Source: Mustelus asterias | Taxonomy: Eukaryota | DNA: 64,000 bases | Assembly: GCF_964213995.1 (NCBI RefSeq) | Contig: NW_027590151.1 | Span: 682,001-746,000 of the forward strand | Direction: 5' to 3' | Shown: piece by piece, positions 13,059-24,717 of the stretch | Layout of the letters: each line of letters opens with the position of its first letter | Position numbering within the stretch: position 1 is the stretch's first letter | Translations under genes and position numbers: made by a program | Notes under the pieces: generated by a model | Databases searched by the model: none | What the model saw: only the letters and a program-made list of their open reading frames with translations | Told to the model about the DNA's origin: nothing

Positions 13059-14118
13059 TCAGTCCTGGATATGATTAACAGCATCGATAAGTGTAGAATC
13101 CAAACCTTGCAGTCCCTTGTGAACTCGCCGGTGTGTTAGCAGGTGGGATGACTGAATAAATCCCTTTCCACAGACATTACAGGTGAACGGCCTCTCCCCA
13201 GTGTGAACTCGCTGGTGTTTCAGAAGATAAGATAAATGAGAAAATCCCTTCCCACAGACAGAGCAGGTAAATGGTCTCTCCGCACTGTGAACTCTCTGAT
13301 GTGTCAGCAGGTTGGATGACTGACTGAATCCCTTCCCACACATGGAGCAGGTGAACGGCCTCTCCCCAGTGTGAACCCGCTGGTGGTTCAATAAGTTGGA
13401 TGAAAGAGTGAATCCCTTCCCACACACGGAGCAAGTGAATGGCCTCTCCTCACTGTGAACCTGCTGGTGTGTCAGAAGGTTGGATGAATTAATGAATCCC
13501 TTCCCACAGTCTGAGCAGGTGAAGGCCTCTCCCCAGTGTGAATTCTCTGGCGGTTCAGTAGGGCAGATGGACGGCTGAATCCCTTCCCACACACACAGCA
13601 GGTGAATGGCCTCTCCCCAGTGTGAGTATATTGGTGCGTCAGCAGATCCTTTTTGTTTTTAAAGCTCTTCGCAGTCGGAACAATTAAAAAGTTTGTTGTC
13701 AGAGTGAACAAGTTGATGTGTCTGCAGGTGGGATGACTGAATGAATCCTTTCCCACACACAGAGCAGGTGAATGGTCTCTCCCGTGTGAATACGTTGGTG
13801 TGTCAGCAGATCTTTTTTGCATTTAAAACTCTTCCCACAGTCAGAACATGGAAACATTCTCTCATCAGTGTGAACAAGTTGGTGTGTCACAATGTGGGAT
13901 GAGCGAGTGAATCCCTTCCCACACACAGGGCAGGTGAACGGCCTCTCCCCAGTGTGAACCCTTTGGTGAGTCAGAAGGTTGTATGAATGGGTGAATCCCT
14001 TCCCACAAACGGAGGAGGTGAATGGTCTCTCCCCAGTGTGACTGCACCAATGAACTTCCAGTTGTGATGGGAAACTGAATCCTTTCCCACAATCCACACA
14101 TTTCCACGGTTTCTCCAT
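13059..14118 (-). pseudogene. Frameshifted C2H2 ZNF gene (gene B)
   Basis: Starts MEKPWKC; the fingers are split over several frames (ORFs 13699..14118, 13472..13822, 13059..13592); ends [18 protein letters not shown]. Confidence 0.8.
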
Positions 14119-14925
14119 GGTGCTGGTGCCCTTGTGTTTCTCCAGGTTGGATGATCAGTTGAAACCTCGTCCACACACACAACATACATGTAGTTTCACC
14201 CTGCTGTGAACTGTGTGATGTTTCTTCAGGCTGTGGACTGGTTAAAGCTCTTTCCACAGTCAGTTCACTGGAACACTCTCAATCGGGTGTGTGTTTGTTT
14301 CAATGCTTTTCCGGTCACACTGATGTTTAAAATCTTTGCCGACAGACAGAAGAGTCAAACATTTCTCCTCCCACATTCAAAGACCAATGATCTTCAGCTC
14401 TGAATGAACAAAGTGACTTTGCCAGTCATGATGTTCGTTTGAGTTTTCTGTCTACCAATCCTCCACTTCCAATATCCTGTAAAAAAAAATTTGGAAAAGT
14501 CATCACTGTCAGTCCGGAATAGAAATCCTGAACAGACAATTCTAGTTTCTCCGGAACATTTTTTCCTCTCTTGTTCCCCAAAATCTGTAAATCCCCGTCC
14601 CACACACTCTCCCTTCTCCCTGGGCTTAAACCCATCTCACCATCTGCATCATTTCTTTCCTCCACTCCCAGTTTTCTCCCTCCCTCTCCTCTGATTGGGT
14701 TCAGTTCTCCAGCTCCTGTCTGCAGACTGACAATAAAACCAATGGGTCTTATTGGGGGTGTTGGGGCCTCCAGCGGGTGTTTGTGAATCCTCCCCGCCCA
14801 CCTCCCAGGGTTTCCTTCCTTCCCAGAGATCAGAGTCCTCATTGATTTGAGGCCAAAGTGTAACCTCTTATTTATTGTCCCCCTCCCCCATCCTCTGATG
14901 TGAACCATCCTCCAGTGGCTGAGCC

Positions 14926-15390
14926 AGGATGGGGCCGTTAACCTGGGCCTGTTCCCGGGAGGGAGAAGCCCCGCAGCTGCAAACCAGGGAGCTGACAATG
15001 ATTCTGAAGGGTTTGCGGATCCACAAAGTGTTTCCAAATCCTCCCAGCCACCGCCTAACGCTGACTCCGCTTCTCCGGGACAAACAAGCGCCAAGGACAG
15101 CACTGACACTGCGCATGCTCCACATCACAATGCCCGGGGACTGATTGACGGCAGCTCCGGACCAATAGGACGAGGGGGCGGGGCTGGAGGACCGAGCGGG
15201 AGCGGCTGGTCCTCCAACCAATCGGAGTGAATGAGGGGCGGGACCTGAAGCATGCGCAGTGCGAGTAATGGCGACGGACAGACGGACGGTTTTAATTTGG
15301 AAGCGAGATCAATACGAGGTAGAGGGCGGCGCGCGGGGAATGATAAATGTGGCGGGTGGGTGGAGAGACTTTGTAAACATGTTGTTCAAA
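14926..15390. promoter_or_regulatory. Probable bidirectional CpG promoter between gene B (-) and gene K (+)
   Basis: NRF1-like sites at both ends (tgcgcatgc, gcatgcgca), two CCAAT+GC box units, and donors cag|gttaac (-) and g|gtgggt (+). Confidence 0.65.
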
Positions 15391-15449
15391 CCCAAACCCC
15401 GGAAATGAACTTCCCGGTCCCCCCCTTTGTACCAAATGGAGCGGCAGCT

Positions 15450-15728
15450 TGTAGTGTTAGACCCGGGCTGACTGCTGCCTCTGGTAAACCACTGTTAAGC
15501 TTATTGCCTGTGTGTGTGTGACATGTCTGGGCATGCCCCTGCCAGCCCTACATGAGACTCCTCCCCCCCCCCCCCCCCTGTCCAGGTATGAAGGTGACTG
15601 CTCCCCACCCTCCTGCCTCAGTTGCTGGACCAGTTCATCAGCATGGGTGTGTGCTCCAAGTCTTTTGCGAATAAAAGCCTATTTGTTCTTGCAAACAAAC
15701 TAGTCTTTACTTGATTGATAGTGCATCA
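15450..15728 (+). mobile_element. Possible solo LTR
   Basis: Starts TGTAGTG, ends GCATCA, with an internal AATAAA; no clear target-site duplication (TSD). Confidence 0.35.
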
Positions 15729-15775
15729 CCGCCATTGAGGCTGCATGTGGGAGGCCGGCAGGGATTGTGATCGGA

Positions 15776-15972
15776 GAGTGATGTCACAATGGAATGTGTG
15801 AGGGTGTGACGTCACAATGGAATGTGTGAGAGTGTGACGCCACAATGGAATGGGTGAGAGTGTGACGCCACAATGGAATGGGTCGGAGTGTGATGTCACA
15901 ATGGAATGGGTGAGGGTGTGACGTCACAATGGAATGGGTCGGAGTGTGAGGTCACAATGGAATGGGTGAGGG
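15776..15972 (+). repeat. 28-bp minisatellite, 7 copies
   Basis: Unit gtgtgacgtcacaatggaatgggtgag(a/g). Confidence 0.9.
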
Positions 15973-15974
15973 TT

Positions 15975-18900
15975 CCAAATTCGCCTGACTTCGGTCATTG
16001 CCAAGATTTCCGAGTCCATTATTAAAGCTGAGATCGCAGAGTACTTGGAAGTGCAGGATAAAGTAGGACTGAGTCAGCACGGCTTTGTCAAGGGGAGGTC
16101 ATGTCTGACAAATCTGTTAGAGTTCTTTGAGGAGCTTTTGATTTGATTTATTATTGTCACATGTGTTAACATAAAGTGAAAAGTGTTGTTTCTTGCACGC
16201 TATACAGAGAAAACATACCATTCATAGAGAAGGAAATGAGAGAGTGCAGAATGTAGTGTTACAGTCAGAGCGAGAGTGTCGAGAAAGATCAACTGAATGC
16301 AAGGTAAGTCCATTCAAAAGACTGACAGCAGCAGAGAAGAAGCTATTCTTGAGTCGGTGGTACGTAACCTCAGACTTTTGTATCTTTATCCCGAGGGAAG
16401 AAGGTGGAAGAGAGAATGTCCGGGGTGCTTGGGGTCCTTAATTATGCTGGCTGCTTTGCCGAGGCAGCGGGAAGTGTAGACAGAGTCAATGGATGGGAGG
16501 CTGGTTCGCATGATGGATTGGGCTACATTCACAACCTTTTGTAGATCCTTGCAGTCTTGGGCAGAGCAGGAGCCATACCAAGCTGTGCTACAACCGGAAA
16601 GAATGCTTTCTATGGTGCATTTGTAAAGGTTGGTGAGAGTCGTAGCTGACATGCCAAATTTCCATAGTCTTCTGAGAAAGTAGAGGCGTTGGTGAGCTTT
16701 CTTAACAAGAGTGTCGACATGGGGAGACCAGGACATGTTTTTGGTGATCTGGATACCTAAAAACCTGAAGCTCTCGACCCTTTCTACTTCGTCCCCATTG
16801 ATGTCGACATGGGCATGTTCTTCTTTATGCTTCCTCAAGTCGATGACAATCTCCTTTGTTTTGTTGACATTGAGGGAGGGATTATTGTTGCCGCACCAGT
16901 TCACCAGGTTCTCTATCTCATTCCTGTACTCTGTCTCATCATTGTTTGAAATCCGACCCAGTGCTGTGGTGTCATCAGCAAACTTGAAAATCGAATTGGA
17001 GGGAAATTTAGCCGCACAGTCATAGGTGTAGAAGGAGTATGTTAGGGGGCTGAGAACACAGCCTCGTGGTGCACCGGTGTTGAGGATGATCGTGGAGGAG
17101 GTGTTGTTGCCTATCCTTACTGTTTGTGGTCTGTGAGTTAGGAAGTTCAGGATCCAGTTGCAGAGGGAGGTGCCGAGACCCAGGTCACGGAGTTTGGAGA
17201 TGAGTTTCGTGGGACTAATAGTGTTGAAGGCTGAGCTGTAGTCAACAAATAGGAGTCTGACATAGGTGTCCTTGTTATCTAGCTGTTCCAAGGTTGCGTA
17301 CAGGGCCAGGGAAATGGCGTCTGCTGTGGACCTGTTGCGGCGGCAGGCAAACTGTCGTGGATCCAGATAGTCCGGGAGGCTGGAATTGATTTGTGCCATG
17401 ACTGACCTTTCGAAGCACTTCATAATGATGGATGTCAGAGCCACCGGCCGATAGTCATTAAGACACGCTGCTTGGTTTTTCTTAGGTACCAGGATGATGG
17501 TCATCTTTCTTGAAGCAGATAGGGACCTCAGATTGTTGTAAAGAGAGGTTGAAGATGTCTGTGAATACTCCTGCCAGCTGATCCACGCAGGATCTGAATG
17601 CACGTCCGGGTATCCCATCCGGGCCAGTTGCTTTCTGTGGGTTGATCTTCAAGAAAGCTGCTCTGACATCTGCAATGGAGACCCCAGATACAGGTTCATC
17701 CAGGGCTTCCAGGGTGGAGAGCATGCTCTCGCTGACCTCTTGCTCAAAACGAATGCATTGAGCTCATCAGGGAGAGGAGCGTTGGAGCCGGCGATTTTAC
17801 ATGCCTTCATCTTGTCGCCTGTTATGTCTTGCAGACCTTGCCACAGTCAGCGGGGGTTGGTGTGGCTAGCCTGGGACTCTAGCTTGGTCCGGTATTGTCT
17901 TTTGGCATCTTTGATGGATCTCCTTAGATCATATCTGGTAACAAAGAAGTTAGATAAAGGAGAACTAGTGGACCTGATTTATTTAGATTTCCAGAAGGCC
18001 TTTGACAAGGTGCTGCAGAGGAAACTGTTAAATAAGTTAAGTGCCTATGGTGATAAGGGTAAGATCCTGGCATGGATAGAGGATTGGCTGGCAGAAGGCA
18101 GAGAGTGGGGATAAAGGGGTCTTTCTCAGGATGGCAGCCGGTGACCAGTGGTGTGCCTCAGGGGTCAGTGTTGGGACCACAACTTTTCACAATATACATT
18201 AACGATTTGGAGGAAGGAACTGAAGGCACTGTTGCTAAGTTTGCAGATGATACAAAGATATGTAGAGGGAGAGGTAGTATCGAGGAAGCAGGGGGGCGGC
18301 AGAAGGACTTGGGACAGGTTAGGAGAGTGGGCAAAGAAGCGGCAGATGGAATACAATGTGGAAAAGTGTGAGGTTATGCACTTTGGAAGGAGGAATGGAG
18401 GCATAGACTATTTTCTAAATGGGGAAATGCTGAGGAAATCAGAAACACAAAGGGACTTGGAAGTCATTGTTCAAGATTCTCTTAAAGTTAACGTGCAGGT
18501 TCAGTCGGCAGTTAGGAAGGCAAATGCAATGTTAGCATTCATGTCGATAGGCCCAGAATACAAGAGCAGGGATGTATTTCTGAGGCTGTATAAGGCTCTG
18601 GTCAGCCTTCATTTGGAATGTTGTGAGCAGTTTTGGTCCCCATATCTAAGGAAGGATGTGCTGGCTTTGGAAAAGGTCCAGAGGAGGTTCACAAGAATGA
18701 TCCCTGGAATGAAGAGCTTGTCCTATGAGGAACGGTTGAGGACTCTGGGTCTGTACTCATTAGAGTTTAGAAGGATGAGATTGAAACTTACAGGATACTG
18801 CGAGGCCTGGATAGAGTAGACGTGGAGAGAATGTTTCCACGAGTAGGAACAGCTAGAAATAGAGGGCACAATCTCAGACGAAAAGGATGATCCTTTAAAA

Positions 18901-19155
18901 CAGAGATGAGGAGGAATTTCTTCAGCCAGAGAGTGGTGAATCTGTGGAACTCTTTGCCACAGAAGGCTGTGGAGGCCAGGTCATTGAGTGTCTTTAAGAT
19001 AGAGATAGATAGGTTCTTGATTAATGAGGGGATCAGGGGTTATGGGGAAAAGGCAGGAGAGTGAGGATGAGAAAAATATCAGCCATGATTGAATGGCGGA
19101 GCAGACTCGATGGGCCGAGTGGCCTAATTCTGTTACTGTGTCTTATGGTCTTATG
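15975..19155 (+). mobile_element. CR1 LINE (RT region and 3' end) split by a Rex1 insertion
   Basis: ttctttgaggag (~16135) resumes as gtaacaaagaag (~17938); RT motifs [19 protein letters not shown] and FADDTK; tcttatgg tail. Confidence 0.85.
16137..17937 (-). mobile_element. Rex1/Babar-clade LINE, 5'-truncated
   Basis: 410-aa ORF with [34 protein letters not shown] and FKFADDT; aatcaaatc tail. Confidence 0.85.
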
Positions 19156-19781
19156 AGTTGAGACTGGGGTGGCGTCGGACGATGTCACTGAGGTGGAAAT
19201 AGGCAGTCTTGATGATGATGTGGCTGGAAGCTCATCCTGGAGTGAAATATTTCACCATGGTTGTGAACAGCCTGGTTCCGGCTCCGACAGGGAGTGGAGT
19301 TTGTGGTGGGGACTGAAGACAATGGGTTCAGACTTCCCAGTATTTATATGGGTGAAATTTCTGTTCTCTTAGTCCTGGATGTCAGACAAGTCAGGATGGT
19401 GTGTGAGTTGGAGGGGAACTTGGAGCTGATGGTGCTAACCACTGTGCTACCGTGCTGCAGAATGCTAAATGGAATGAGAGAGAGAGTGTATGTGTGAGGG
19501 GCGTGGGTGGAGATTTAAAGAATGTTCCATAGAAACTACAATTGTCTGTTTTGAATTTCTATCATGTGCTGACAGTGATGATTTTTGTAAACTCCTTTCA
19601 GTGGATATTGGAAGGAGAGGTTTGGAAAATGGAAATCTCAAAAGAGTCACTTGATTCATAAGGACGTGAAAATCATCAGCCTTTTTAACATCAGTGTGAG
19701 TGGAAAAGCGCTGAGATTCTCACACCCGTATCAGAGTGTTCCAGTGCACTGATTGTGGAGAGACACAAGGACTCCGACACC

Positions 19782-20010
19782 ATGGAGAAACCATGGAAAT
19801 GTGGAGACTGTGGGGACGGATTCAGAGCCCCATCTGAGGTGGAATCTCATCGACGCAGTCACACCGGGGAGAGACCGTTCATATGCTGCACTTGTGGGAA
19901 GGGATTCAATCATTCATCAAATCTGCTGAGACACCAGCGAATTCACACTGAGGAGAGGCTAGTCACCTGCTCACAGTGTGGGAAGGGAGTCATAGATTCA
20001 TCCACCCTGC
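19782..20010 (+). pseudogene. Truncated ZNF gene (gene K): two fingers, third finger broken
   Basis: cacc[14 protein letters not shown]...; the array breaks at DSSTLR into a G-rich repeat. Confidence 0.8.
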
Positions 20011-20086
20011 GGGAGGGGGGGGGGGAGAGCAGGGGGGGAAAGAGCGGGGGGGAGAGCAGGGGGGGGAAGAGCAGAGAGGGAGAAAG
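20011..20086 (+). repeat. G-rich purine repeat (continues at 20596-20639)
   Basis: Units of G-run plus agagc(a). Confidence 0.8.
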
Positions 20087-20595
20087 TGTAGATTTCGTGT
20101 TTCGGAAGTCGGATCAAAAACTGAAGAGACACAGGTTTCTCCAAAAGCCTTCTTTATTGTATCGGAGGAGAGATCGCAAGACCATGCACATCCAGCATGG
20201 GTTTGTGAGTCTCTGTCTGGCTTACAAAACAGTTTTCAGTTATACCCGGCGGAGATACATCCACATACTTCTGTTAGCCAATAAGGGCATAGCTGTATTG
20301 TTACATTTTGATTAGATTACTTTCAAGAACAAAAGACAATATCCACGTAAGGACATGGCTATTAAAGTTTCTGATTAGATTACTTTCAAGGACAAAAGGC
20401 CAATTGATAAGGCCCTGCCCTCCGAAGCCAGAACCACAATTACGTATCAGCAGTTTCTTTCACGTGATCATTAGTTTCGCTTGTCGCCCTCGCCTCAGGC
20501 CCTTTCCAAAACCAGTTTATCCCTCAACTGATTTCTAGTTACGCATCCCAATTTTAACCCTTTCCTCTTCTCAATCTATCTTATACACATTCTCA
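20087..20595 (-). mobile_element. Solo LTR, 509 bp, with 4-bp TSD
   Basis: Minus strand reads TGAG...TACA; AAAG on both flanks (20083-86 and 20596-99); AATAAA, a TATAA-like motif and an internal direct repeat (gattagattactttcaag). Confidence 0.7.
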
Positions 20596-20639
20596 AAAGA
20601 GCAAGGGGGGAAAGGAGTGGGGGGGGGGGCAGGGAAAGA

Positions 20640-20800
20640 NNNNNNNNNNNNNNNNNNNNNNNNNNNNNNNNNNNNNNNNNNNNNNNNNNNNNNNNNNNNN
20701 NNNNNNNNNNNNNNNNNNNNNNNNNNNNNNNNNNNNNNNNNNNNNNNNNNNNNNNNNNNNNNNNNNNNNNNNNNNNNNNNNNNNNNNNNNNNNNNNNNNN
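20640..20800. other. Assembly gap (161 N)
   Basis: Run of N. Confidence 1.
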
Positions 20801-21042
20801 AGAGAAAGATTGACAGAGAGAGAGAGAAAGATTGACAGAGAGAGAGAGAAAGATTGAGAGAGAGAGAGAAAGATTGACAGAGAGAGAGAAAGATTGAGAG
20901 AGAAAGATTGACAGAGAGAGAGAGAGAGAAAGATTGACAGAGGGAGAAAGATGTGGGGGTAGGGCCTGGGTGGGATTGTGGTCAGTGCAGACTCGATGGG
21001 CCGAATGGCCTCCTTCTGCACTGTAGGGTTTCTATGTTTCTA
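20801..21042 (+). repeat. (GA)n-aagattga compound microsatellite followed by an HE1 SINE 3' tail
   Basis: Repeated agagaaagattgacagagag, then gggcctgggtgggattgtgg...ttctatg. Confidence 0.8.
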
Positions 21043-21074
21043 AGATTGAGCGGGAAAGAATCCAACCCCTGTAA

Positions 21075-21580
21075 TCACTTGTGAACTTGTTGGTGTCTCT
21101 GCAGGTTGGATGACCGATTGAATCCCTTCCCACACACAGAGCAGGTGAACAGTCTCTCCCCGGTGTGAACTCACTGGTGTCTCCGCCGTGTGGATGACCT
21201 CCTAAACCTCTTTGTGCAGTGAGAGCAGCTAAACGGTCTCTCGTCAGTGTGAATGGGTTGGTGGACCATCAGTTCCCGAGAGCTTTTGAAGCCACTCCCA
21301 CAGTCAGAGCATTTAAAGGGTCTCTCCTGGGTGTGAGTGACCTTGTGGCTCAACAGGTTGGGCAACTGAGTGAATCCCTTCCCACACACACAGCAGGTGA
21401 ATGGCCTCTCCCCAGTGTGAACTCCCTGGTGTGTTTGTAAATGGGATAACTGAGTGAATCCCTTCCCACACACAGAGCAGGTGAATGTCTCTCTCCAGTG
21501 TGACTGCGCCGATGAGTTTCCAGTGCAGATGGGAACCTGAATCCTTTCCCACAGTCCCCACATTTACACAATTTCTCCAT
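21075..21580 (-). pseudogene. ZNF pseudogene (gene C), about 6 fingers
   Basis: [10 protein letters not shown] start, frameshift near 21490 and an in-frame TGA at 21171. Confidence 0.8.
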
Positions 21581-22552
21581 GGTGCGGGTGTCCTTGTGAC
21601 TCTCCAGGCTTGACAATCAGTTCAGTTACAACATAACATGGGTGCGGTCTCTCTGCTGCAATGTATTTTCAGGCTGTTTAACTGGTTAAAGTTCTTTCCA
21701 CAGTCACTCAGGTGTGTGCATGTTTCAGTGTGTGTGTGTCTCGGTGCTTTTCCAGTCACACTGATGTTTATAATCTCCTGAAGCAGACAGAGCAGGGAAA
21801 CATTTCCATTCCAGATTCAAAGGTCGATGATATTCAGCTCCCAATTAATTGAGTGACTATGTTAGATTTTGATGTGAAGTTTGGTTTGATATTCGTCTTT
21901 AAATTTTCACCTTCTGATATCCTGCAAAAGGAATTGACAAAAGTCATCACTGTCAGCACAGGATAGAAATTCAGAACAGACAGTTCCAGTTTCTATGGAA
22001 CATTCTTTCCTATTTCAGTCCCCAAAAGCTGTGAATCTCCATCCCACACACTCTCCCTCCATTCTCACTCTGCTGTATCTAATATTCACTCTCCCAATTC
22101 TCCTGAAGGTGCTGATTGAGGCTGATTGACAGATCCATGCTCACTGCTTCCTGTTCTGGACACAGAGAGCTGGAAATCTCCATGCAGACTGCCAGACAGA
22201 TATATGTCTATCTGACTGGACTAACAATGTGTGGAATGTACAGACCGAATTCACTTCATTCCCTTCAGTTGCTGCAAGTCCCCAATCTCCCCCAGAATGA
22301 GAAAAGAAATGGAAAGGGGGAAACATTGATTTCCTCCCAGATGTTGCCCAGAGGAGGAAGTTTCACTCTGAAGCTCAGTGGCCAACTTCCGCATTGTGAC
22401 GCCACGAATCAGCCAATAGGAAGACGAGTGTGGCTAATGTTGTTCCGTTGTTTAAGAAGGGTTGCAAAGAGAAGCCTGGTAATTATAGGCCGGTGAACCT
22501 GACAACAGTGGTGGGTAAGTTACTGGAGAGGATTCTGACCAACCTTTGGATA

Positions 22553-22827
22553 TGATGTGGAGATGCTGGCGTTGGACTGGGGTAAACACAGTAAGATGTC
22601 TAACAACACCAGGTTAAAGTCCACCATGTTTATTTGATAGCCAAATAAACTACCAAACAGCTCTGACTATTTGCTCAGTACCACTTCATAAGTGACTGTA
22701 GTTTTCCTCCCTCCCTTTCATTTCCTGAGTAGGAAGGCTCACTTACCTGCTGAAGGAGCAATGCTCCGAAAGCTCGTGCTACCAAATAAACCTGTTGGAC
22801 TTTAACCTGGTGTTGTCAGACTTCTTA
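22553..22827. mobile_element. Short non-autonomous Penelope-derived fold-back element with 13-bp TSD
   Basis: Inverted ends (acaacaccaggttaaagtcca / tggactttaacctggtgttgt) match the Penelope ends at 33768-35275. caacctttggata at 22540-52 and 22828-40. Inserted in a CR1 fragment. Confidence 0.75.
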
Positions 22828-23484
22828 CAACCTTTGGATAGTCAAGGTCTGGTTAGGGATAGTTGTCAGAGATCCTGGGTACCAGCAACTTTAGGCATTC
22901 TTAGTCGACTAGAGTACAAACAGCATTGGACACCACACATAATCCAATGTGGGGCCTTTAATGACTTGTGCACAAGGAGAAACCCTGTGCAGCTGTCCCG
23001 CAAGTGGTTCTGATGTTACAGAAAAATAACTTGGCAAAAATAGTCAATTACAGCAAATCAGAAACCAGGAATGTTTCTAATCCTTCATTGACGGACATAT
23101 TCGCCAATTAAATCCTAGCTTTTTGCCCTTTCACATTCGATGAAAAATTGACTTCTGCTAATCTTTTATTTGCATCGCATATCCCCATATCTCGCCTTTG
23201 GTATTTGTTATGGAGAAATCTGGTCTTGTTCACCCTCTGGTGAAGGCCGAAAAGCAGAATGTTCTGGGGCCTACGCAGGTGAAGATTAGCCTGTTCATGC
23301 TGAAATAGCAGACACTGACTCCTTTGAAGGTCTGCAAGCCGATAAACATTTTCACTCACTGTTAAAGAGAAGGCAGGAAACTTTAATCTGAGCATTTCCA
23401 CATAGTCAGCACTGCTTCGTGCATGTGTTAGAGTGGGCCAAGGCTGAGGCAGCTGTCCTATATATATTTATAGAGAGAGAATAG

Positions 23485-23650
23485 ATGAACATTTCGAGTC
23501 TGGATGACCCTTTGTCAGAACTCTGATGAAGGGTCATCCAGACTTTAAATGTTGGCTCTACTCTCTCTCCACAGATGCTGTCAGACCTGCTGACATTTTC
23601 CAACATTTTCTGTTTTTGTTTCAGATTCCAGCATTTGCAATATTTTGCTT
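23485..23650. mobile_element. Second family of Penelope-derived fold-back repeat with degenerate hammerhead cores
   Basis: Back-to-back ctga(t/c)(g/a)aagggtcatccagact arms, then cacagatgctg..gacctgctga. Relatives at ~8520, 10465, 36672, 40015, 57415 and 60555. Confidence 0.55.
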
Positions 23651-24717
23651 TTATATGTATTTATATATCCAAATGTGCTGTGTTAACAAAATGGACAGTT
23701 ACTAACCGTAATATAAAGCATCATGTGATTTAGCTGACTTGACCATATTCCTATCGTTATTCAGTCATTAAAGACACAGTCATGGAGCATTAAACTTGCC
23801 TCGCAGGGCCCCTTGTATCAACACACACGCAGCTGCTTTGTGAGACTGCGAGCAGAACAGACAAGTCAGAGATAAGAGTGTCTTGAGAAGAGAGATTCAT
23901 TGTGAAGGCTCAGGGACGGTTGATAAGATGTAGGAATTCTATGATTCTAATGAACATTCTTTCCTCTCTCATTCCCCAAAAGCTGTGAATCTCCATCCCA
24001 CACACTCTCCCTCCATTCTCACTCTGCTGTATCTAATATTCACCCTCCCAATTCTCCTGAAGGTGCTGATTGCGACTGATTGACAGATCCATGCTCACTG
24101 CTTCCTGTCCACCACACACAAATCATAAGAAACAGGAGCTGCAGTTGGCCATTCAGCCCATCGAACTGCCTCAACCATTCATTGAGAATTGGCTGATCGA
24201 CCGCAGCATCATTTCCCACACTATCCCCCAGGTAGAGAGAGAATAGAGCCAATGTTTTGAGTCTGGAGAGAGGAAAGAATGTTCCATAGAAACTAGAATT
24301 GTGTGTTCTGAATTTCTATCCTGCACTGACACTGATGACCTCTGTAAACTTGTTTTACAGGATACTGAAAGAGGAATCACAGGCCGAAATCTCAAACGTC
24401 ACATCTAGATCTGACAGAGTCACATTCTTTGGGAGCTGAATATCATCGGCCTTTGAATCGAGGAGAAATGGTTGTCCGGTCTGATGACTTGAAAAGATTT
24501 CAAACATCAGTGTGACTGGAAAAGTGCCAACACTTTTCCACATATGTTCTATGTTAACACACTGCCACACTGGAGTGAGTGTGTTCCAGTGCACTGAGCT
24601 TGAACCAGTTACACAGTCTGAATAAATATCACACCATTCACAGCAGGGGGTGGAGGGGGGACTGATCTGTGTGTGGACGACTCTTCAACTGAAGAGAGAG
24701 GAAAGGACACCTACACC

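Noticed and set aside
14426-15109. 227-aa ORF upstream of gene B (partial copy at 43816..44178) as an N-terminal effector domain
   Set aside because: It runs through GC-rich promoter and intron sequence, has no recognisable domain, and is broken in the paralogue.
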